Below, in pieces: positions 1-8,417 of a stretch of DNA of 16,371 nucleotides. The notes below the pieces were generated by a model. The model ran no database searches. It was not told the origin of the DNA and was given only the letters and a program-made list of their open reading frames with translations. The position numbers and the translations under genes are program-made. The DNA comes from Octopus sinensis. Taxonomy: Eukaryota. The first letter of the stretch is position 1, and the number at the start of each line of letters is the position of its first letter. The DNA lies in contig NW_021825110.1 of NCBI RefSeq assembly GCF_006345805.1, positions 1-16,371 of the forward strand. Direction: 5' to 3'.

Positions 1-408
1 TATGTCACACTGGTATGGGGGCTTTTATGTGACACTGGCACAGGAGCTTTTATATGGCAACAGCATTGGCACTTTAATGTGACACCAGCATGGGTGCTTT
101 TATGTGACACTGGCACTATTATCTGGCACCAGTACAGGCACTAACACAGCCGCTTTTATGTGGAACTGGCACAGGCATTTTTACATAGCACTAACACAGG
201 CTCTTTTACACGGCACCAGAACAGGTGCTTTTAATGTATGATACGGGCATGGGCACTTTTATGTGGCACCAGTATGGGTACTATTATGTAGCACCTGCAT
301 GGGCGCTTTTATATGACACCAGCACAGGCACTGGCACAAATGCTCATACTTGGCATGGATGCTTTTATGTGGTACTAGCACAAATGCTTTTTACATGACA
401 TCAGTACC
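1..408. repeat. Degenerate 25-bp minisatellite (3' UTR of the old RTE copy)
   Basis: Consensus about GCTTTTATGTGGCACCAGCACAGGT; unit starts at 21, 46, 71, 96 and 255, 280, 305; roughly 16 units. Confidence 0.9.
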
Positions 409-1530
409 CAGAGCCCACAAAATTAGGATTGCTCAACTGAAGAGAGATGTAGGGGGACATGCCTGTACGTATGGACAACAACAGTTTAACTTAGCTTGAT
501 CTATCTTCTCAAGTACAGCAAACTGCCAGGAGCCTTGGTCCTTTGTCATCCCTTCTGTGAGGCCCAACATCTGAAGATCCTTTTTCACCACTTTGTCCTA
601 TGTCTTTCTGGGTCTACACCTTCCACAGGTTCCCATCACAATTAGAGATTGGCACTTCTTTATGCAGCTGTCCTCATCCATACACATCACATGACCATAC
701 CAGAGCGGCCTCTCTCTTTAACACTATAACTGATGCCTCTCATACCCAGTTTTTCTCTTAAATCATTTACACTAATATTACTCTCCAGCAGAACATGTTG
801 GCTGCATTTATTTCAAGCTTTTGCATGTCCTCTGTAGTCATAGCCATGTAGCATAGTTGTAGGTACACAAGCATCATACACTCTACTTTTTATTTTATTA
901 CCAACAAAGGTAGATCTTTGAACTTTGCCCAGCCTGTTCCTATTCTAGCAACTACACATTCAGAACTTCCTCCTCCACTGCTAACTTGGTTGCATAGGCA
1001 ACAAAAGCTGTCTACTACTTCTAAGGATCCCTCTAGACATTTGAGGAAATCTCTTCTCTGTACATTCTTAGTGTTTATTGTACCAGCATATCTGCCATAC
1101 ACAATGACTACTTTCTCTGGTAACCTTCTTGTGATACCACTACACCTCTTATATATCCAGAGCTAGCACTGGGTACATGGTATGGAGTTTCTACCAATAC
1201 CATTGCTATAGATTGAACAGAGCCATCTCCCTGTTTCAGTCTAAGGCATCACCTTTACCTCTGTAGAAGTTGACTATAATGCTGCTACACCAGTCAATGG
1301 GCATGACTCCCTCAGGATAACCTGATTGACTATATAGGTGACAGGTCATATTCCACTCTGCCAAATATTTTAAGCATCTCAGCAATGCTTCCTGAAAGGC
1401 TGGGGGCTTTCTGTCTTCATATCCTTAATTGCTTTACCTACCAAATTATTATTGATTCAGATAGCTGGTCATGCTGTTATGTCCATATTAGGCAGACACA
1501 TTAAGCAGCCTTTCATAGTGGCATTTCCAA
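1..1530 (-). mobile_element. Old, 5'-truncated and internally deleted RTE LINE copy (3' end continues left of the window)
   Basis: ~495-1229 aligns by eye with 13380-14168 (e.g. CTGGGTCTACACCTTCCACAGGTTCCC vs CTGGGTCTGCCTCTTCCACAGGTTCCC); ~1240-1530 aligns with 14830-15143. ORF 890-1102 (LEVVDSFCCLCNQVSSGGGSSECVVARI) matches LEIVDSFRYLGDQVSSGGGCAESITARV. Confidence 0.9.
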
Positions 1531-2220
1531 TTCTTCTGGTTTGACTGTGCTTGAGGTAGCACTTTTGGTTTATTTATAGTGCTATGGATTTTACAATGAT
1601 TAAAGAGAATATTCACATTGCTAAACAAGAGACTCCAGTTTTCTTAATCTATTTCATTTTTATTTTCTCTTCTCTTGGGCTCTTTCTCTCATCTGTTGTT
1701 AAATACTCATTCTATTCTTTTTCATTCATAGTTTCTCGTTTTCTGTGCTGCTGTTTTTGTGTTTGTTCTAGTGATTTGAACCCCAGCACTTGTTCTCTAT
1801 ATCTTTTCATTCTTTCTCTTATTAGTTAATATTGTCCATTGCTGCCCATATTTTATGAAATAATATTTGCAAGTTTCAATTTAGCAGATGACAATGATAT
1901 TAAGTAAGTAATTGTCAGTGAAAAGAAAATTATTCAATAAAATACAATCGTTCATGGCCAAAACCTTTAGGCTGAAACACAGAAGAATAAAAGAATCTTC
2001 ACTTTTATCAGCCAACTATTGCTGCCCAAACTATATAAACAAATGTGAAAGTTTTAGCAGGTAGCAATAATAAAAAGAAAATTAGTTTAATAAAAAAAAA
2101 AAAACAACTACCATGCTCTCTTACTATACTACCACTTTCAATAACCAATATCCCCACTGAGACATGAGCACTGCCTTAACTGCTTCTACAATTCTCAATA
2201 TAACTTTTATCTCTCACTCC

Positions 2221-2267
2221 AGAGAACACTTTTCTCTCTCTTTTTAGAGAACACTTTTCTCTCTCTT
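2221..2267. repeat. 25-bp-period tandem duplication
   Basis: AGAGAACACTTTTCTCTCTCTT at 2221 and 2246. Confidence 0.9.
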
Positions 2268-2402
2268 CAACTAACCATAAAACAAAACAGTGTTCCCTTT
2301 GTCCTACCTCTCACTACTCCCACATACCTCTCTGCTAAACAACATTCACTCTCCTTTTACTTCTCCCTTCAATAACCATTATTGCATAACATACATATGC
2401 AG

Positions 2403-2544
2403 AATAATATTATAGATGATTTCTAATATAGTTACAAAGATAGCAAAAATTTAGAGGAATGGCAAAATCAATTTAATCAACTCCAGTATTTGATTGGTGT
2501 ATATTTTGTAGAACTTTGAGGGATTAAAAGCAAAATGGACTCTA
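2403..2544 (-). mobile_element. 3' half of a second decayed copy of the same SINE
   Basis: TAGATGATTTCT..A..TTACA.A.GATA.CAAA aligns with 3696-3730; continues through CCAGTATTTGATTGGT and AAAGCAAAATGGACTCT, then stops at the piggyBac-like element. Confidence 0.55.
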
Positions 2545-2751
2545 GTTACTATATTTCTGACGAAAATACACCCCTCATGAGTTTCAATTAAATTCTAAAC
2601 TAATCGTGAATCTAGGCTTGTTTCATTAAATAACTGTACTTTTTTACTTAACATATTAATGTGATATTTGGAACATAATTAAGAAAGGGTTTAAATCAAT
2701 TCTATTGCATAACTTTTGTCTCAAAGTGATTTTAATTACAGATAATCCAGG

Positions 2752-2815
2752 TAAATTGAGCAAAAGGTAAAATATTAAAATTTTAAATTGAGCAAAAGGT
2801 AAAAATTTAAAATTT
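2752..2815. repeat. 32-bp tandem duplication
   Basis: TAAATTGAGCAAAAGGTAAAAwwTTAAAATTT x2 with two mismatches. Confidence 0.9.
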
Positions 2816-3046
2816 TGTTTAAACATCACCATAGAAAATGAATCATCAGCTAATATTCAAATGGGTATGCAACAAAATTTTGATAAAGAAGATTGTGCAC
2901 ATCACTATATCATCAGTTGAATTTAATGCACAACAGGTGTACCATAAAGGGGAATAAAGTGAAATACTGGAATCCACCGCAAGTTTGACCGAACTAAAGA
3001 AATCGGTCAAAAAATAATATACGGCCCTGGTTATGGTATGGAAGAG

Positions 3047-3333
3047 ATAAATTCCAGACCACATCGTTCCCTAGGCCATGCTGACTAACATTATTTTCCC
3101 TGTAAAAAACTAAATCCACGCAGTACCCAGTATTTGCTTCACAAATTTTCCGAAATTTGAACTCCCATTTTGTGTTTGTTTACATTTTGTGTAGTTTGTT
3201 TGTTTCCGCATTGATCGCTTCAAACAATAACTTCCAGACCACATCATACCCTAAGCCACTGCTGACTACATTAGTTTCCCTGTATAAAAACTAAATCCAC
3301 AACAGTACCCAGTATTTGCTTCACAAATTTTCC
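3047..3333. repeat. ~105-bp direct repeat pair (3047-3151, 3227-3333)
   Basis: Shared TTCCAGACCACATC...AAAAACTAAATCCAC..CAGTACCCAGTATTTGCTTCACAAATTTTCC; offset about 180 bp. Confidence 0.95.
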
Positions 3334-3687
3334 AATTCGGAATCAATGCTTGATAACATGAAACTCCAATCCATTTTCTAAGTTGAAGAAAAATCGATGC
3401 CGAAAAAAATGTGGAAAAAAATCTCCCAAAATTCAGGGAATTAAAATTACACGTCGATCGTTGTACAAAACTGTAGATGAACTGTTTACGAAGTATAATC
3501 ACGTGTTTTCACTAATGTACTAAAGAGATTTGCTCTGATATTCTCATTTAAATATGAATAGGTAAATTCGGGCGGTTTGGTCACATTAACCAAAATTTTT
3601 TTTGGGCGGCTTTGGGCGGTTTGGTAATGAAAGGGTTAAACGGTACAAGGTATTTTTTCTAACACCAATTTTCTTATTTACTGCCCT

Positions 3688-3892
3688 TATAATAATAGAT
3701 GATTTCTCACATATTACACAAGATAACAAATTTTGGGAAAGGCATGTGTTTGCTTAACTTGGTAGATAGTTTATCAACCCTGTGAGGCAAAGTTGGCTCT
3801 GGAGGGATCTCAACTGAGTAACATAAAGAGATTAAATTAAATCTAGAAAGGCATGGTGTCTCGTAATCTTCTAATTCTGCCATCCACTACCC
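3688..3892 (-). mobile_element. Decayed tRNA-derived SINE (probable Nin/Deu-type core)
   Basis: Minus strand begins GGTAGTGGATGGCAGAATTAG (A-box-like), then a degenerate B-box GTTGAGATCC, ACTTTGCCT..GGGTTGATAAA..TACCA (resembles the Nin/Deu core as I recall it), ending in a TTA-type tail. Family assignment from memory. Confidence 0.6.
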
Positions 3893-4766
3893 TAATAACA
3901 ATAATCACAGGTGCAAGAAAATCTGATGTTATAATCTAACATCAAAACAAATGTAGAACCTGAATTGTTTTCTGATACTGAATTAGAAAGAAAAGCATTT
4001 ACAGATCCTTGATAATAAGTTAAGAATTTCAGTCTCCAAAATATATGTCTCCCAATATATTGTCTCAAAATATATACAAACTAGTCACTACCAGTACAAC
4101 AGACTATTAACCCTATTTCACTGTGTTCCCAGTATAGTAAGAACAGCAGATTCCCATTAAAATAGTAATGAGCAATACACACATAGGAAAAGAAGGTAAA
4201 ATACTAAGACAACTGATCACATTGCAGCTTTGTAGTCAAGTGTGTTTATGACTCATTGTTAATGGTGTCCCCTATAGCAATTGTTTATTTTTGTTTTTAA
4301 TTGGGTAAAAAAATGTTTTGTTTTGTTTTTTCATTTGGCAATGAAATGAGTGTGTAACTCAGCACTTCTTAATCTGTTAAATGAGTAAGGCCTAGATTCT
4401 TTACAGTTGAGGAAATTGTTGATATTTATTCTTCAGACATTCAAACTGGTGAAATACATAAGGGAAGTAGTGATTCAGGTGAACAAATACAGTAGTTGAG
4501 AGATGGCCTATCATTGTTTTCTCCTGAAATTTTTGTGACTATTAATTTGCCTGTAATTGTTACTCAAGCTGTTTATGCAGCTATTTATTCTTTTGCTCAG
4601 GAGCCAAGGTGGAGGGTAAAGTTAGACACAGGGGCCCAGGTTTGAGAGGGTTAAATCTCCAGAAGAAAACTGTAATAGAACTTTGATGTTTAAAAAAGAC
4701 AAGCTTCTTATAACTCATAAATTTCTAATGAACATAAAACTCATGTGTAAATACTAAGCACTTTAA

Positions 4767-4988
4767 TCCCTTTCTTACTGTATTTATTTTGAGATGTTCT
4801 GTGTTTCTTTCAAATAATTTTAAATATAACAAAGATTTTAGTAAAATAACTTAGTTATCATTAAGCTAGTGTTAGGAACATAAATTGTGACTAAGGTTTG
4901 GAGGAGGATTTTAGTTCAAAACTTATGTAAACAAGACATTTGTACTACAGAGCCAGAGCCGGTTTCAGTTGGGTTGGTAACAAAAGGG
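4767..4988. mobile_element. piggyBac-like MITE (222 bp)
   Basis: TTAA at 4763-4766 and 4989-4992; imperfect TIRs TCCCTTTCTTAC / GTAACAAAAGGG. Confidence 0.8.
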
Positions 4989-5546
4989 TTAAAGAAGTAA
5001 ACATTCTCAGGAATATATTTTAAAATTTTTTCTCTTCAAATTTTGCATTTAAGTATTTGGACAATCAAATGTACCAATACAAAAGTTACCTGGAAGATAC
5101 ATACAAATAAACACAAAGGGCATGGTGTAATTTATTTTATGTATACAATAGGCTCTATAGTGCTACAAGCAATTTAAACAAGTACATGTTTACTCTAGCT
5201 AAAACATGACACCTGTTAATTTCTTAACAGTAATGGGGTATTTGCCAATTACCACTATCTTCAGTATAGTTTGTTTAGCAATTACAGTGTTTAATGATAT
5301 AACAGTTGTAAAGTGCCTACAGAAAAGAAAAGTTAGCCAAGAAATCAAACTATTGTAGATTAAAATTACACTAATAAAGTAAAGTTACCAATCTGTCCAC
5401 TAGATATATAAATGTCAAACAGTAAAAAATGTCTTGTAATTACTCAATCTTCTTGAAACAAAATTTAAATTATTCACACTTATATAGATTCTTTTAGTTT
5501 TATTGTGTTAACTTTCATTGCTTCAGAGAATTCCTATTAGATAATT

Positions 5547-5583
<37 letters not shown>

Positions 5584-5596
5584 AAGAAAGAGAGAG
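5547..5596. repeat. Compound (TG)n(AG)n microsatellite
   Basis: Direct reading. Confidence 0.95.
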
Positions 5597-5924
5597 GGTG
5601 TGGGGGAGATTAATAACAAAACTAGAATATGTTAAATGAAGAAAGGAAACAAAATAATGCTAGAACCCTAATGAGTTGTCATTGTTTCCACTATTGTCAA
5701 CAATTCAACCATTTTAATGGCTGTTTTTCTTATGAATTGCTTCACCATATATAACTAATGGCATTAATACATGCACACACACATTACAGGCAAGAAGTGG
5801 TTATCTTGATTGACCTACTTCTTGAAGCAGATACCCAGGATAATAACAAAGTATTAGTCATGTACAAGAATTTTACTTGAAGAGGTCTGTAGACTAATGG
5901 ATGATTTTTCTTTTTACATAGGTA

Positions 5925-6511
5925 GTAGAAAATTTAGAGAAATCTCAGATTGGAAGCAAAACCTAGAATTGAGAAACCTCACAGTAAACTTAGCAAAGAC
6001 AAAAGTTTTAGTATAGGTCAAGACAAGACCCTGCTACCATTAAGGAAATGACTGTGCTCAATATGCAAATAAAAAATAAAAAAGAAGGAAGAGGTAAAAA
6101 TTCCACCCAGTATACTCAGTGTAAATTATGGATGTACCACAAGGTGTAGTGAGATCACAGGAGGCTGGAAAAAGACAGTAGAGTTTCTATGTGGCAGATA
6201 CACTGTAGCAATCAGCAGTAAGAGAGAAATACATTCTTTCAAATGCCTGGAAAGCTCCTTAGAAGTAGCTTATAACTTTTCTGAACTAGGTAATTTAATT
6301 AGCAGTGGAGGTGATTATTTCAAAAGCATAGTAGCAAGAGTAAGAATGGGTATAAAAAAATTCTGGTAACAAAAAGTTTCTTTCTCAGAGTGAAGGGTAC
6401 ATTGTATGATAGTTGTGTAAAATGCAATACTGCATGGAAGCAAGACATATGCTCCTTGACTAAGAAGATTTTGCAAAATTTATTAAGAAATCAAACAAGT
6501 ATGGTATGGCT
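5925..6511 (+). mobile_element. Highly decayed RTE ORF fragment (RT C-terminal part plus PHD-like finger), not in the ORF track
   Basis: Manual translation across stops and frameshifts: WKQNLELRNLTVNLAKTKVLV, LCSICK, KNSTQYTQCKLWM, FLCGRY, LEVAYNFSELGNLISSGGD..SIVARVR, LRVKGTLYDSCV, AILHGSKT, RNQTSM; collinear with ~13700-14310 reversed. Confidence 0.85.
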
Positions 6512-6923
6512 ATCTAGAATTATTTTTATATCTTTTAGCAGTCTGACCATGCTTGTATAAGCATCTATTAGTGTGTTCATGTCTTGTATTAATCAATGTG
6601 TGTTTTGAAGTAAATATTTGGTAAAGCTCCTCTATACTTAGGTCACATCAATTTACCTCTACTCAATAAGGCTTAGCAGTACTAATTACTTCTCAATTGA
6701 TAGAATACCTATTGTTATGTTTTTAACTCATCAATTTACTTCAATCAGTTCACTTCATGGATAACCAAATGGACAGACCTTGAAGATGAACCAACAACAT
6801 TGCAAGGTTGCAATTGCAACAGTGAATAATTGCTACAGCAGAAATGTGTAAGTCATTATAATAAGCTGTATATAACTATAAATTTTGTGGATGTATAAGT
6901 CTCCATATTCTTTATTATCATTA

Positions 6924-6945
6924 ATATATATATACATATACATAT

Positions 6946-6979
<34 letters not shown>

Positions 6980-6982
6980 ATA
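6924..6982. repeat. (TA)n-rich microsatellite, continuing at 7189-7253 beyond the MITE
   Basis: Direct reading. Confidence 0.9.
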
Positions 6983-7188
6983 CAGTAATCCCTCGTCATA
7001 TCGTGGTTCACCTATCACACACTCTCAGTACATCACAGATTTTTCTGGCTCATGTATGTAAATTTATACTGTGAACTCCTTGGTATATTGCGGGTTTCTG
7101 TGGCTGATGGGTGTTTCTATTATTTTAAATTTTAATTATTTCTGTGAGGTGTTGGAACATAACACCTGCAATAGTCGAGGGATCAGTG
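6983..7188. mobile_element. Tc1/mariner (Tigger/pogo-like) MITE, 206 bp
   Basis: TA on both sides (6981-6982, 7189-7190); imperfect TIRs CAGTAATCCCTCG.. / ..CGAGGGATCAGTG; sits between two TA-rich microsatellites. Confidence 0.8.
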
Positions 7189-7347
7189 TATGTATATCTA
7201 TATATATCTGTCTATCTATCTATCTATCAATATATATATATATATATATATATGTACAGGTATATTGATGCAAACAGGAAAATAGAACTCAAAAATATGA
7301 GCATATAACTCTTTAAATTGTTTCTACTTCAATGCATTGGCACTGAC

Positions 7348-7391
7348 CAAACTAGTCACAGGTCACAGGCATTCGACCTGTGACTAGTTTG
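7348..7391. repeat. Perfect 17-bp inverted repeat with 10-nt spacer
   Basis: CAAACTAGTCACAGGTC (7348-7364) / GACCTGTGACTAGTTTG (7375-7391). Confidence 0.95.
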
Positions 7392-7396
7392 ATAAG

Positions 7397-7458
7397 CAGG
7401 GCTGGCCTTAGGAGGTATGGGGCCCAGTTGGGAACAGTTTTGGTGGGCCCCAGGTTCC
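7397..7458. mobile_element. Possible single terminus of a hAT-like non-autonomous element
   Basis: GC-rich island starting CAGGGCTGGCCTTAGG with two GGGCCC subterminal motifs; no partner TIR or 8-bp TSD seen. Confidence 0.35.
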
Positions 7459-7570
7459 CAGTCAACTTCCACTAAGGTCTAAAGAATCTTGAAAATATAA
7501 AAATCAAAAAATATAAAAATCCAGCTGTTGAAACCATGCTACCATGAGGTGCCATGTAAGATTCACAAGG

Positions 7571-7830
7571 AATATATATATACATATACAATCACATATA
7601 TCCACGTAAGTAGACACATGCATGTGTAGACCAACACATACACCTACACATAAACATATACATATATGTACATATACATACACATACACACAAAATATAA
7701 GTAAATATATATACACATACTTATCCAATGCACATATTGTTTTACTGGTATTTTTACTATTAATAATAATAATAATATTAATAACAATAGTGGTAACGGT
7801 AATAATAATGATAGTAATATTAATAGCATT
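7571..7830. repeat. Degenerate (TACA/CA)n followed by (AAT)n microsatellites
   Basis: Direct reading; source of the spurious ORFs at 7504-7846. Confidence 0.85.
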
Positions 7831-7839
7831 TTGTAACTT

Positions 7840-8361
7840 AATATAATGAACTCTTGACTTTGTATATGTACTTTTGCATATAGATATGTGTATGTTTGTA
7901 TATTGTAATATTCTAATATTTTGATTTGACTAACTGTAACCTTGAATATAGAATATATGTATGTATATTATTATGTATATGTGTGTATATATATAGGAGC
8001 ATGGGTATATGCACTCATATGTATGTGTATATTATATATTATGGGTGTACCTCCTCTGATATTCATATTTAGATTGTACTTTATAATCTCTGAAGAGGCC
8101 CTGGGATATTTTTGTAAGTGTCTCATTTATAACCACATATTAACTTATCACACCTGGCTAATATAAGCATAATGAGATACCCATATCTACATGGCTGAAA
8201 CAGCTGTAAGATGTAGTTTATATTTATATCTATATTTATTTATATTTACTTATGCATATTGTACTTATTGTTCATATGTAGTGGGTTAATAAATTATGTG
8301 ATTGGGTATTATCTGGTAGTTGATTATTGATTAAGGTGTATTTCTCCATTTTCTTATTTTG

Positions 8362-8363
<2 letters not shown>
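7840..8363 (+). mobile_element. Possible solo pseudo-LTR of a Penelope-like element or retrozyme
   Basis: Inferred from the minimal type I hammerhead inside a ~500 bp T-rich block bounded by (AAT)n and (TA)n; no PLE RT or GIY-YIG coding sequence seen. Boundaries approximate. Confidence 0.45.
8082..8215 (+). ncRNA. Type I hammerhead ribozyme motif with extended stem II
   Basis: Stem I ATCT 8086-8089 / AGAT 8209-8212; core CTGAAGA 8090-8096; stem II GGCC 8097-8100 / GGCT 8193-8196; GAAA 8197-8200; stem III palindrome ACAGCTGT 8200-8207; GUA cleavage triplet 8206-8208. Confidence 0.75.

Positions 8364-8413
<50 letters not shown>
8364..8413. repeat. Perfect (TA)n microsatellite at the CR1 3' end
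   Basis: Direct reading. Confidence 0.97.

Positions 8414-8417
<4 letters not shown>

Larger units (their letters stand above)
2545..3635. mobile_element. Longer non-autonomous piggyBac-like element related to the 4767-4988 MITE; left TIR tip missing
   Basis: Right end GGCGGTTTGGTAATGAAAGGG|TTAA (TTAA 3636-3639) resembles the MITE right end; left part (GTTACTATATTT..TTTCAATTAAATT..TTGGAACATAA) resembles the MITE left part. Confidence 0.65.

Noticed and set aside
2557-2565. CTGACGA as a second hammerhead core
   Set aside because: No stem II, GAAA-stem III-UH arrangement or stem I follows.
2846-3502. Transposase coding capacity in the long piggyBac-like element
   Set aside because: Short ORFs show no DDD transposase or Cys-rich motifs.
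6807-6820. 14-bp palindrome GTTGCAATTGCAAC and nearby splice-like signals
   Set aside because: No supporting context; no convincing exon frame found.
7519-7540. ATCCAGCTGTTGAAACCATGC resembling the RTE 3' UTR motif reversed
   Set aside because: Too short to call an element.
6833-8166. Y/I/V/C-rich short ORFs
   Set aside because: Translations of TA, CA and AAT microsatellites and MITE sequence.
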